Part shown: one piece after another, positions 39,701 through 52,565 of the stretch
How positions within the stretch are numbered: position 1 is the first letter of the stretch
Layout of the letters: each line of letters starts with the position of its first letter
Source: Guillardia theta CCMP2712
Taxonomy: Eukaryota; Protista; Cryptophyta
Length of the DNA stretch: 64,000 bases
Reading direction: 5' to 3'
NCBI RefSeq assembly: GCF_000315625.1
Contig: NW_005434565.1
Coordinates: 24,499 to 88,498, forward strand
The notes under the pieces: model-generated
Database searches by the model: none
What the model saw: the letters and a program-made list of their open reading frames with translations, nothing else
Told to the model about the DNA's origin: nothing
Made by a program: the position numbers and the translations under genes

Positions 39701-42700
39701 TGAGAGACCTGCAAGAAGATTAGAATGGTGATCCAAGAAAAGAAACTTCTTTCAAACGACATAGAACAATGCGAAGCGAATATTCGTACAGATGAAAAGA
39801 AAAGCAGACGTCCAGACGCGCAAACTTGCATCAAATGTACAAAGGCTCCTAGTTACAATTGGCTTCTTCACAGCTTCGAGCAAGAAACAAATATCATGCC
39901 CTTCCAACAAAGAACATCATGGCACAAAAATAAGAAAGAAATCTCGATTTGCACAATGAAATCAAACCAACACACATATACACATGACCGCAGAAAACCA
40001 GCAAACTTCCTTCTTTCATCTTCCAAGATCACTTCAAACACAAGTCCCTCTCGAGACGTGGAAAAAGCAAGTCGAGAAAGCAAGATACAGTGATAATAAG
40101 AACGACAAATTTCCATCCTTCTTCTCCTTCTCCTCCTCTACACCTCCCATCCCCAGTTCTTCGCTTGCATTACCGAGAGTCACTTGCTGCAGAGGCTGAA
40201 GGCGCACGAGTATATGTGGGGTGGGGGTGGTGTGAATACAATAGGAGGGTAGGGTCAATGAGGGTACAAGATAGGGGTACGCATGAAACATGGGGTAGGG
40301 TTCACCATAACAAGGCATCTGAAAAGATTGGGTAGGGTCGTAGATATTGGATTTGAGATAGGGGGTGGGTTTTTCATCAAGATTATTGATGGGTGGGTAT
40401 ATTGCTGTATTGCGGTGGGTAGGGTATTCGAAATATGCCCATAGAACCGGTATAATTAAGGGTATTTAGGAGGGTATAGTACTTTCAAAGTCACTTTCCA
40501 GGGTGGGTGTTTCTATGGAAAGTACCCCGTCCTTGTGAGAACAATCGTTCATCCCATGTGGGTGTTTTCGAAAAGGGGGTAGTGCTGAAACGTCTTCAAC
40601 GTGGGTGGGTGGGACGTAACGACGATGGGGAAAAGGGGTACGAGACGGGGTGGGGGTGGGGGTAGTCACCCCCTGATGTTCAATTGTTCAGCTTAAAAGA
40701 AGGGGTCATGCTACAGGGATTTCATAGGTAGGGGTGGTACCATGCAGTCGTGGGGATCGTAGGTAAGGAACCTGGGAAAATTGGTGGGTAGAAAGCAGAG
40801 TATGAAGGGGTAGGGGTGATGGGAAATTCTCTTGTATTTGCAGGGGTACTCAATATAGGTCTCGGTACAGACATCTCAAAGTACCCGTCTTTTCCCACAA
40901 ATTTGGCCTAGAAGACATATGGTGGGGGTGTTGAAAGATGGGTCATCTTGACATGGGGTGGGTCTTGCCAGAACTTCTTCTCGCTAAAAGTGGTTGCTGT
41001 GTTTATATATACCCGGTACTATAAGGACAATTTGATTGTGTTTGATGGGGTGGGTCATCCATGTACCCCAGAGCACTCGGAAAGTTCTAGAGAAACGAGG
41101 TGAGATTGCGAGAACAAATCACCCCTACCCCCCTACTTCCGGTAATGTACATGGGTGATCCGATTTGCTCAGGTTTGGTGAAACTTATTGGTAATTAATA
41201 TTAATTACAACCATCTGAGATGCAATAATTATTTTCGCTGCACAGTCTGTCGTTGTGACTAAAACAAATTAAAAGTGTACTGGTGTTGTTTAAAATATAT
41301 CTTTACAGGGACTTTCCGAGTTTTTCTTTTTATAATTGTATTATTGGAATGATTTTCAGAGATAATGGGTACTGCAAGAATACAAAAACTTAGCTGATAT
41401 ACAATTTGATAAAGTGGGCATCAGATATCGCACAGCTGTATTGTCGCAACTACCTTTAAATACTTATATTCTATTTCTCATCAGATCTGGGGTCGCATTA
41501 TTTTTAAAAGAACAACTTGTGCACTTTTAGATTCGAACGAAGTGCTGGATTGTAATATACTTTTGATGAATGATGTTCTAAACTTTCAAATATATACTAT
41601 ACTTGATTTGAAAATTAAGCATGGTATTTATGGTTTTTAAAGAAAAGTACCTCAATTTTTAAATACTTTTAATTTTAAAACTGGTTCCTTTGGTCCTGTA
41701 GTCAAACAACTTTCCCCGGGTCAACCGGCAAACCCCGCCCATAGTCAATATTTAGATTATTATGCCATGTAGTCAAGCTTTCCTGGTATAGCATCAGCGA
41801 TGTAGTCAATGTTCCCTTGGAAGTTCCATTCTTGTAGTCAATATGGCAGGAGTTAAACGTCTATAGTGAATATTGGTTGTTGTGAAGTAGAGTGGCGTCT
41901 CGAGCACATGCAAATCAAGATGGGGGAAAGGGAGAAGGGAGAAGCGGAGGAGGAGGAGAGCAGAGGAATACAGAGCAGAACACAGCAGAGCAGAGCAGAG
42001 GAGGAAAGAGAAGAGGAGAAGACTTTCAGAGCAGGTCATTTCAATGGTCAGGGTAGCATGGAAAAGGGAATGTTGACTGGACAGCATGTGTGGGGAAATT
42101 TAAGAAATTTTCTTGTTGGAATTTCACAGCGCAAGACAGGCAGAGAACAAGATTCCGGGTGAGGTTCAATTACATGCAAAGAGTAGAATTACATGATTAG
42201 AAACAAAGTAGCGAGCAATCACTGCAAGATACACTTGGCAACAACAGTGATGATTCCTAGGGTTCAGCGTATGCTGTTGAACATTTCAGCATGGTTTAGA
42301 AGGAGAGCACCACAAAAGAGATGTAGATCATGTATATTACATGCACAACTCTATGAGGACATACAGCGAAGGATGGTTAACGAGGAAAACTTCGAAAGCC
42401 TGGGAGACGGGCGACATTTTGACTACAGGACAAGACAGATTCATGACAGAATATTTTGATTGAGATTGTTTTGGTCCGTAATGACCCTGCAATCATCTCC
42501 TCTCGCTCACAGTGTCGCAATGATCGCTGTATTGTCTCAAAGCGCTAGATAGCGAGCAGATAGCGGCCATCTTATAGTTGTCAGCGGCCAGATGTAAGGA
42601 AGTATGAGATTGTTTCAACCATTATTGATGGTCTTAGTTTACAGAGCTACCGCTGCTAACATGTGGTGCTCAGGAACGGTCTCTTGAAATCAAGCTCTTG

Positions 42701-42731
42701 TCAAGTGAGAAGTTAGAACAAACAGACTAGG

Positions 42732-45700
42732 ATGACTCTCCGTGCTTCCACTGGCTCCGACGTTTCGCTCAGCTCTGCTGCTGCGGACGCAGCTGCAGCT
42801 TTGCAGGCAGTAGCAGCGGGCAAACCTGTACAGGCAGTCAACGACGTGTGGGTCCCCACCTTCGAGATGAGGAGAGACTCGGCCGAGGCGCTCAGGATGG
42901 TACAGGAGAGCTGCAACTGGTAATGGGAAACAAGAGGGCAAGACGATCGGAAGCGTTTGAGCTGCCTTGTGAGAAGCACGATGCTCACGATATGCGAATG
43001 TGCCTCCTGTTGTGTCCGCTGGTGGTTTTCTGTTGGTTCCCGCGGCTTGCGTAACGGCAAGATTTGTTGAGAAGGACGATGCCTGCTATGTCTCCTCGTG
43101 ACAGTTTTTCTGTTGTTTCCCCGTCATGGTAGCTTTAAATCTTGCCTTGTGTCACAGTAATTGAAATTAAACCTCTCAAAACTCTCATGAAGGAGTCGAG
43201 CAATGCATCTCATGCTGCATGTGGCAATCTCCCTGTGCTCTCCACCAGAAGCAGGAAGGATCCCTTCCTCGTACACACCCGTTGGCCCTCATATCTTACC
43301 TGTCCTCCTGCTCCCTACCTCCTGTCAGACCTTCACCAACAGAATCCTCCTCCCTCCCATCTCCCCCTCTCCTCCCATCTCCCCCTCCCCTCCCCTCTTG
43401 TCAATTCTTTTTTTTAAGGATCGTTCAGAATGTCTATGCGGCATCAGTGAAGCGTATGGAGCAAAGCAGCCGTCGCCCGCCATGGTGACGCCTCTCATCC
43501 TCCTCGCCATCTCTCCTCCTCCTTGGCGCCGTCTTCTTCTTTTGTCTTCTTCTGCTTATCCTTCTCCTCCTTGTCAGGAACGAGAAGATCGAGAGCATGA
43601 GCTGGCAGAGCGTCTGGTAGCGCGTGAGATCTCCTGCCTGCCATGCCGCGGCTTGACCATGGCATGTAGACGCGCCGGTGTTCGCCTTCCTCGGCAAGAA
43701 GACCTGCAGCAACATCGTCCGATGCTCCAGGCAAGGAGCAGGGCCTGTGGGGTGGGGAGGTGATGAGTGAGCAGCATCGTTCGCTTCCGGGCAGGGAAGA
43801 CATGGCAGGCGAAGTCAGACCGACGAGAGGAGCAGATCGTGGAGCAGGAGAAGCTCTACATCCTCAGTGAAGGTGGGGGCTACGAGACTCGAGTCCAGCA
43901 CTGTGACCTCGTTGAAGGCGCCTGCGAGGCTCATGGAACAAGATCCCAAGGAGGAGGGAAGCGGCTCACGACAGGCGACTGCTTCGGCGCCAGGTGGTGC
44001 AAGGAAGGAAGACGAATTTCAATCTGATCGCAATGCTGCGCATATTTAGAAAGTTCCTGTCCCATCACGTCCAGGGAGTTCAAATCATCTCCCCCGCTCT
44101 CTTCCCGTGGCGTCATGACGCCACCACCGTCTCCGCCATGACTGACAGTGTACTCCTCGCCTTCCCTCTCGCTGTCGAGGTAGACTTGCCATCTTCAAAC
44201 CTCCCAGCGTTGATGCTTGCTGCAGGATCCAACAGGGTTGACGGGAGTTGTCTTGTCGTACTTGAAACAAGTATTAAGCTTCCTCCTCCTCCTGATCTCC
44301 TCTCCTCCTCCTCCTCCTCCTCCACCACCACCACCACCTCCTCCACCACTACCACCTCCACCACCACCACCACCACCACCTCCTCCTCCTCCTCCACCAC
44401 CACCACCACCACCTGGTCTCCTCCTCCTCCTCCTCCTCATGTTTCAAATGCTTCCTCGTTTCAGATTTTCTCCTTCCACCTGATTCACCGTCTCTTGTCA
44501 TGTTGCTGAGTGACCATGAATGTGAAGCAACGAGACGTTTGCCAGCAGCTGCTCACCTCCTCGTTCCTCCTCTGCAGGCTGGAAAGGTGGATTCAAAGAT
44601 GTTGGTGATTCAAGTTACAATTGCTTTCAGGTCTGTGATCGAAAAGTTGTTGGAAAAGGGACAATTAGTACGAAAAAATGCTGGATGGGAGTTGGTAACT
44701 CTGACCTCTGTTGAGATTATCTCCTCCACTCCTCTCTGACTCTCTGTCTCTCCTCCACCTTTCCCTCCCTCTATCCTCTCCTCTCTTCTTTTCTCATTCT
44801 CCTCTCCTCCTCTCCTCCTGTTCCCCCCTCTTCCCCTGTACTTGTCATGACCTTGCCAACCCTTCTCTCATCTCACCTCTCATCTCAGATCAAAGAAGGA
44901 CAGGCGTGCGATCGCATCTACATCCTCAAGAGCGGGACAGTGAGCCGAACTAAGAGGCTCAAGACAAACAGTCAAACGCTCCAATTGCGAACCAACTCCT
45001 CTCATCACCTTCACGACGGAGCAAGGGAAGCGTTGATGGACTTGGGCGACCTGCAGTCAGGAGCAGTGGTGGGCCTTGTTTCAACGCTCCTGTCGAGCGA
45101 AGAAAGGTTCTCTGTGGTAAGACGATGATGAGAAAGTAGAGACAAGATGGTGAAACATGTTTCATCGCAGATGACGAAGACTGAGGTGTTGATGAGCGAG
45201 TGATGGCCAGAGCGTGCGCTAACATGTTTCGTTTGGCTATCATCCTTGTTTCCCGCAGGCTGAATTCTTTGTCTTTGACCCGGGTGATGCAGCTGTTGAA
45301 TCTGTCTCTGTCTCTGAGAATGATTTCTTTCTCGACATGCAGGTATGATAGTTGATAGTTTGTCGGAAGAAGTCAAGACTCAGGTGAAACTGATCCCCAT
45401 CCCTGGTGTCTCGCTTCTTTCCTGATCTTTCGTGGCAGATGAAAGAGTCATGTATGAATGTTGTCAAGTGGGCCGACGATGCAATCGGAATGGTGAGATC
45501 GAGAGAGACAGTAAAGCCAGGTGGAGGATGGGAATAGGAGGAGAGTTGAGAGGCAGGGGAGGCAAGGAGGGCGAGGCAGGCGGGGGAGGCAGGAGAGGAA
45601 GGGAGGGAGGGAGGGAGGGAGGGAGGATACAAAATGAGGGGGAGATCGGCAGATTTCGCAATGATATTCAGCCAGTTGGAAAGATGTCGTCAAGAACTTT

Positions 45701-46339
45701 CAAACGTCAGAGCGATCTTGCGGACTTTGTTTGAGAGCGTCGATTGTGTTTTCGACTCCTTCTACCTTCCCTTCTCTGTAAGTTACGGATCCTGACTTGC
45801 GCTGTGATATCTATCCTCTCCTTTCCGTCCTCCCTCACCTCCTCCTCCCCATCTCTCTCTGTCCATCCTGTCTCTCCGTTTCTGCCGCCTCCCCACCCCT
45901 CTCCTCCTCCTCTGATCTTACAAGTATGGTAAGGGCTTGACTCAAGACCAAATCACTCCGATCGAGCATGCAAGGTCCTTCGGCAACTACAAGGAAATCA
46001 GACAATCCGTATCGTCTCTGCTGCTGGATGTAGAAACTTATCTACATAACCTGGAGGCAACCAACACCTGTCAGGTGAACATGATCTGTAGTCTTGTACT
46101 TGTCACTTTGTGTCAAGACTGCAAGCAGGACGACACGTCCGAGTCGGTCTGCTGTAGCATCGCACAACTGAGAGGAGTTTTGAACTCCTTCCTCTCGTCC
46201 ATCTTTGCCATCAGCCCTGCCATCCTACTCTTCATCAACAATCTACACTCGCACGTTGTCAACATACGCAAGATGTGCTCCAGAAATCAGTTCCTTCATC
46301 ACTTTCTCGGGAGGTACAAAGTTCATGCCACCATCTGTC

Positions 46340-46396
<57 letters not shown>

Positions 46397-47215
46397 CCAC
46401 CACCTCCTCCTCCTCCTCCTCTACCTCCTCCTCCTCTCATCTCACTATGATCATTCTCAGCATCGAGTTGGAGCATTGCCGGTCGCTGGAGCATGAGATG
46501 TCACGGGTCGTTGGGATGTGGAAGAAAGTTCTCGAAGCGAGCAGGCGACTTACGAGCGATGAGAGCGGAGAGCAAGACAAGGTCAGCGACAGCCCCCTTC
46601 TTGTTTGCCGGTCTATGACGGCATTCAAGGCGAAGAAACAAGATTTCATCGTCATCTTCCAGAGATTCGTTGCAGAATGTCTGGAAGACTGTGAAACTGC
46701 AGGTGAGAATTTCAAGATCCTTCAGGGCCAGCTGAAGTTGGACGATGGCAGAGAGACTGATCGGCATTTACGACAAGACAGCCAAAGAGACCGGTAACAT
46801 GCTCCTCCTCGCTCTCACTCCCAAGTCCTTTCTCTGAGAATTCCACCCCTCCCTCTCTCCTTTCTCTACCTCCCTCTCCCTCTAGCTCTCTCCTTCATCT
46901 ACTTCCCTCTCTCTCCATCTCTCTCCTTCATCTACCTCCAGATCTACCTCCCTCCTTCTCTATCTCCCTCCTTCCCCTTCTTCTCTCCTCCACGTCCTCT
47001 ACCCTTCCCATTCCTCTCCTTGCCCGTCTCTCTCTCCCACACTGCATATCCTATCTTACACTGTCGTTCCTCTTCCCCATCCTCCTCTTTCCTTTTCTCC
47101 TTTCTCGCTGCTGCAGTTTACCGAGGAATCAGCCGGGACATCATGCAGCCACATCGACAGCTTGTCTGCGGTAGGACAACAGCCAGCTGATGACATTGGA
47201 CGAGAGAGAAGATGG

Positions 47216-47246
<31 letters not shown>

Positions 47247-48642
47247 GGAGGAGTGAAGAGAACGGGGACACAGCAAGAGCAAGGAGTGGAAGCAGAGTAA
47301 ACTAAGAGAAGTTGAGGGACGCGAGAGGAGGGAGAGGGGGGAGAAGAGGCAATTTTGGGAAAGAAAAGCAAGGATCAGGAGCGCAAAGGAGAGGAAGGGT
47401 GAGTAAAGGCACTGGAAGACAAGGAGGCTTAGGATGGGAACGATGGGCGTCTAATTTGCTTCTCCCTGGCAGAGGAAATCTGCCGAGCTCTTCCTGCCAA
47501 CAAGTTCTTCCTGCAACTTCGGCCATCCTTTCATCCCATGTGCCGGTAAGGCGCTAACAATGATAATAGACAAGCATGCAAGAAACGATTATGGGAATGA
47601 AGCGACGAATGGAGTGGTTTAATGGGGAAGGAGGAGGAGGAGGAGGAGGAGGAGGAGGAGGAAGAGGAGGAGGATTTTAAAGGTGGAGCCTGCAGGCTCT
47701 ATCTCTACTGCGATGTTCTGGTAATGAGAGGGCAGCCTCTTCCTAAGCTCGCGGTCAAGGCGTACGAGGACGAGACCCCTCCCTCGCAAGGGGAGAGCAG
47801 CAGGCCTGACGACTTCATCCTCCCTCTCGAGGGTCTGCAGGTGCCAACGAATCTTGTCTTGCCCTGCTCACGTATCCTTCTCAGGCAACGTATGCCATGG
47901 AACATGTCCACTTTGAATGTCTCGGGCAAGGTAATGCCTCTCCTCCTCCTCCTCCTCCTCCTCCTCTTTTCCCACCTCATCACCACAAAATCCTCGTCCC
48001 AAAGTCTTGTTCCCGTCTGATAGAATAATGCAGATGAGAGGACGGCGTTCTGCGACAGCATGAACGCTGCTGCTAATAACGAGGATGGTGGGGAAGGGCA
48101 GGATAAGAAGGGAGGAGACGACAGGAGAGAAAGTGAAGGATCAGCGAGGAGGAGGAAGTCCGAAACCTCAGACAACATTCGCTTCGCCGATCTGAGCAGG
48201 ACGGTGATCCTTGAGGCAGCACAGGAGACAAATATCTGTACGTACTCTATCTCCTCCTCCCTCCTTCTCCTTCTCCTTCTCCTGCCCCTCCCTCCTTCTC
48301 CTTCTCCTTCTCCATCTCCATCTCCATCTCCATCTACACTGCTCTCCTGGGATTGTTCTTCTGACTCTTTTCTCCCTTCTCGATTCCTTCTCCACATGTT
48401 CTCTCCCGGATCAACTTGCTGCTAGACATGCGAGCTGAGGCCTCGCACGACGGAACGGTGAGGTCAAGTCGGTTTGACTCTAGTCATGCGCTTCACAGGT
48501 TCTCACCTCCCGCTTCGGCGTGATCATGTTTGAGATGCCGAGCCAGCAACGAGCACGAGCTTTTGTCGCTGCGCTCAACGCGTGTGTGACTCAAGCACAG
48601 CAGCTTTTGTTGCATCCGTACGAGGAACAAGAGGACATGTAA
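42732..48642 (+). CDS. Multi-domain signalling protein: cyclic-nucleotide-binding domains, coiled coil and degenerate DH-PH-like region; many exons
   Basis: cNMP-binding-like peptides IVEQEKLYILSEG, RLTTGDCFG, IKEGQACDRIYILKSGTV, LGDLQSGAVVG; DH-like SSLLLDVETYLHNL and SIFAISPAILLFINNL; PH-like RLYLYCDVL and terminal FEMPSQQRARAFVAALNAC. Exons can be joined in frame via GT-AG introns as read by eye. Confidence 0.6.
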
Positions 48643-48694
48643 TGAATGTGAACATCTTCGCTTGTTCTAGCTGGAATGGCGGACGAACTCCTCC

Positions 48695-50442
48695 TCAAGC
48701 TTCCGTAAACACACTTCGACCTGTTGAGAAATACTCTCCTCCTCTCCCGTACATGGAGCCGTTGAGCATGCTGGTATCGTGAAAGGAGCTGCAATAGCGG
48801 TCAACGGCCTGAAGCCGAAGGAGGGAGCCTTCAGGGAGTTACCTGGTGTACTCGGCGAAGGCATGAGCAGACGCGAGCTTGCCGCCGTAGACCTCATCGT
48901 ACTCCTTGTCGAACCTCTAAAGCAGGAGCATGAGTAACAGACAGCGGCGAGGGAGACAGAGAGGAAAGAGGCAAGGTGGGCACGAAGCACAGGAGCGGGA
49001 CCGAGGAAAGCAGGAGAGGACAAGAAGTTTGCGGCACGCACTAGGAGGTTTTCAATCGAGCTCTTCATGGACTGGTTGGTCGAGTTGATCTGCTGAATCG
49101 CCTCTTCGCTCGGCAGGTCAGGAACCAAAGGGTTTGAGAAAAAGGAGGGGAGGAGCAGGAGGGTGGAGCAGGAGGGGAGGAGGCGAGGAGGGGGAGGGAG
49201 GCGAGGAGGGGTGGAGGCGAGGAGGAGGTGGGAGGCGAGGAGGGGTGGAGGCGAGGAGGGGTGGGAGGCGAGGGAGTGGGGGAGGAGGCGAGGGAGGGGT
49301 GGGAGGCGAGGGAGGGGTGGGNNNNNNNNNNNNNNNNNNNNNNNNNNNNNNNNNNNNNNNNNNNNNNNNNNNNNNNNNNNNNNNNNNNNNNNNNNNNNNN
49401 NNNNNNNNNNNNNNNNNNNNNGGGGAGGAGCAGGAGGGGTGGGAGCAGGAGGGGTGGGAGCAGGAGGGGTGGGAGCAGGAGGGGGAGGAGCAGGAGGGGG
49501 AGGAGCAGGAGCAGGAGGGAGAAGGCAGGACTCACTCGTGAGGTTCTCTCGCACGACTCCCAGACTCGGACGCACTTCATCTCTCACTTGCTGGATGACT
49601 TGCCTGGGCTCCTGCCACCTCCTGCGGTACCTGCCGACGACACATGAGAGGAGGGGAGGAAGGGGGAAGAGGCGGCTGACTCGATCTCGCGCTGCTCCAT
49701 GACGAAGCGCATCTGCTGGGCCTCATCGAGGATCTTGCGGTCTGTCGCTATCAGGGTCTCGTGCTGCGACCGGAGATGCTGGACTCCTGACTTGGTTCTG
49801 AACGCGTCCAACCTGAGCCCCTCCACCCCCGTCCCCCCGTTGCTCTGACTCCAGGCCCTGCCACCTTGTATCAGGAGCATCAAACGCGACGTGCGTCACC
49901 TGGAGTTGTACGGCATAGAGCTGCTCGCGGGACCCACATCGTCCTCCCTCCTGCATGGCGTCATGCCGGCAAACTGCCGCGACGTTTATGCGCAACCTGA
50001 TGAATCCCGAATAGGACCAGGAGAGAGGCGTGGAAGATCTGAAAGCTGTGAGAAGGAGCCAAGTCAGCAAGGCATGGCAGAGCAGAGCAAGCCCTCTACC
50101 CGATGAAGCAGACGGAGACTGCACAGGAGAGTATCTTATCCCGTACGACATCTGTGAAACCAAACAACGGACGTTATCTCAGTGTTAGATGCTGCCATGA
50201 CCCAAACACTTGTTTGCATGATCCCTAATCCTTCTTCCTCTTGTTCGTCCCATCTCGTTAGTGCATCTTCTAGTGCATCTTCTAGTGCATCTTAGTTGCA
50301 ACTTGAGCTTGGTTCCAGGTCTCTCATCATTGTGTGCTTCCCTTCTCTGCTGCCATTGTGAGTACATGCCAGTTGTCTGCAGCTTCTCGTCCTCCTCCTC
50401 CTCCTCCCTCCTCTTCGCTGTCAGTCCGACGGTCTCCGCCAT
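48695..50442 (-). CDS. Hypothetical coiled-coil protein, multi-exon; start uncertain
   Basis: Spliced exons give RSQHETLIATDRKILDEAQQMRFVMEQREIE ... SEEAIQQINSTNQSMKSSIENLL ... RFDKEYDEVYGGK ... SVFTEA*. No recognised family. Confidence 0.5.
49322..49421. other. Assembly gap (100 N)
   Basis: Run of N inside a G-rich tandem-repeat intron. Confidence 1.
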
Positions 50443-50460
50443 TCACTTCCCAACTCAAAT

Positions 50461-51028
50461 AGGTCCGCCAACTGGGTCCCGGGGGGCCCCGGGCGCGGAT
50501 CACCGAGCGGTTCAGCGGGGGGGCGCCGCGGGGCCCGGGGCGGGCTGCGCGGCCGGGCGGCGGCGTGTCATGGCATGCTGAGGTGCTCCGCCGGGCTCAC
50601 CGTCGGTCCGGGACGGGACAATGGGGCCCTGGCAGTGTCGAGTGACGGGGGACAGCAGTAGGCAGGAATAGGTTTGTTTCTCGCTGTCTTTTCTCTCCTC
50701 GCCGTATGGCTCAGCGCCTAGTACCGTGCGTGTAAGTCGAATGATGATTGAGCGGGCAATGCAGTCATAGTGGTTATAAAAGTTTTATCCCATCGGACTC
50801 TGGCCGGCGGCGGGGCCGCTCACTGGCCACGGTCCGGTGATCGGATCGGACTGGCAGGCTCGCGGCCGCCCCGGCCGGGCGCCCCGGCCCGGCGGGCGGC
50901 GGCCCGGGCAGTCCGACGAGGCTGACCGCTCATGTCAGCCTCCGAGTCCGTCAACCACCGTACGGTCCCGGGTCCGGAGTACGGTACGGTCCGACCGCCG
51001 AGTGGCAACTGATCACCGGGACTCCGTG
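50461..51028. repeat. GC/CCGG-rich low-complexity island (resumes at 52566-52605)
   Basis: Dense CCGG, CCCGGG, GGCC, CGGTAC and GATCGG words, sharply different from the flanks. A short similar patch lies at 32882-32940. Confidence 0.75.
50644..50794 (-). mobile_element. Probable solo LTR of a second family
   Basis: A 151-bp moderate-GC block interrupts the GC-rich island. Read on the minus strand it starts GATGGGA and ends CCCCGTC(A), the same terminal words as the right LTR of the neighbouring element (GATGGAA...TTCCGTC(A)). No TSD seen. Confidence 0.45.
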
Positions 51029-52565
51029 ACGTATGCCAGCCGTGCCAGTCAGATAGCGCCGAGTTAACAAAAACTCTCCTGTAAACCAAGACTACTTACG
51101 TGTTTGCGAGGCGGCCAATGTAGCGTGTGTGGACGAAGAGGGGGCTTTCCTAGCCGTCTTGCTAAGGTCCTCTCATGTCTGGATGCTTGGGTTTCACATC
51201 CTAGCATACAGTCTATCTCTCATGTGCTCCTCAATTCTGGATTTGTGTGCATTAAACTCGGTCTTGAGCAAAAACTGTCTTGTTACAACTAAGGTCGATG
51301 TGATATCTGCGTGACTTTGGACTAGTGCAAGTCTAACAAACTTGTATTCCGTCGGTTATGAGCCTCGATTACATGCTCAATCATCATGATCTTATATTTG
51401 GTTACTCCGTTGAATTGTTTACTGGAGTTTTTTCTTTCTTGGTATTGTTTTCCCGTTGCTGTTGAAAACTCATGCAAATTCTATCAAGCTTTACACATTC
51501 GGATGACTCCTCTCTTCAATCAGGCTCTCTTTCTAGCCGCAAGTTGTTTAGGCCTCTCATCTCAGCCTCAATTTGTTTGATTGATCTTCGAATAGGAAAA
51601 ACAAGCCTTTCCCCAGCCAGATTGGTCGGTCGAATATCTGCTTAACCGTGTGGAAACGCACTTGAAGCTGATTCGATTCTTATTTTTCTTGATCTTTGAG
51701 TAGGATCAAATGGAACTACCAGGAGATCTGGCGGAAGTTTTCATGTCATGGAGCTAGGCTGTGGCATGCATATCTGGAGCTACTTCTGGATCGGCGAACA
51801 AGGTACAACTGCACAACAATCTTCGAATGCCTTGAAACGGATGTTCCATCTCGCGGCAGCAATCTCTGGTCACAAGTTCTTTACGGTTCAAAATTTATCT
51901 TTTGGTCTTCAAATGCCGGCGGGCACGCTCTCTCTCTCTCTCTCTCTGTTATCTGAACTCCGAAGTTCTCTCCTCAGACTCTCTTATCTTATCCTCCTTC
52001 TCTCGTCATTGCATCAGCTCGCCAGGCATCTCCCTTATCTCTGCACTGCACATCTAATAGCCCTGCATGAAAATCTTCTTCAGAATGGACAATCCTTGAA
52101 TGGTTATTGCCCACTCAGCATGACTGTGAACTTGACGTTGTATCATCGTATCTTGACTTGGATCTGCTGACATTCTTCTTTGTGTGACTTTCTGACGTCC
52201 GATGTAACGTACTATTTCAGAAACTCGGGGGGAGGATGGAACGTATGCCAGCCGTGCCAGTCAGATAGCGCCGAGTTAACAAAAACTCTCCTGTAAACCA
52301 AGACTACTTACGTGTTTGCGAGGCGGCCAATGTAGCGTGTGTGGACGAAGAGGGGGCTTTCCTAGCCGTCTTGCTAAGGTCCTCTCATGTCTGGATGCTT
52401 GGGTTTCACATCCTAGCATACAGTCTATCTCTCATGTGCTCCTCAATTCTGGATTTGTGTGCATTAAACTCGGTCTTGAGCAAAAACTGTCTTGTTACAA
52501 CTAAGGTCGATGTGATATCTGCGTGACTTTGGACTAGTACAAGTCTAACAAACTTGTATTCCGTC
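51029..52565 (+). mobile_element. Non-autonomous LTR retrotransposon (TRIM-like), copia/Ty5-type priming
   Basis: Direct repeats 51029-51353 and 52241-52565 (325 bp, one visible mismatch: actagtGcaa vs actagtAcaa). GGTTATGAGCC PBS immediately after the left LTR, polypurine tract GGGGGGAGGA before the right LTR, 887-bp interior with no gag/pol. Confidence 0.88.

Noticed and set aside
50741-50770. ATGATGA as a snoRNA C box
   Set aside because: No properly placed CTGA D box or terminal stem; better explained as part of an LTR-like block.
51748-52170. FHVMELGCG resembling methyltransferase motif I inside the LTR element (captured gene?)
   Set aside because: Only a short motif; the downstream sequence lacks other methyltransferase motifs and runs through a (CT)n tract.
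51104-52526. Duplicated 61-62 aa ORFs as paralogous genes
   Set aside because: They are simply translations of the two LTR copies.
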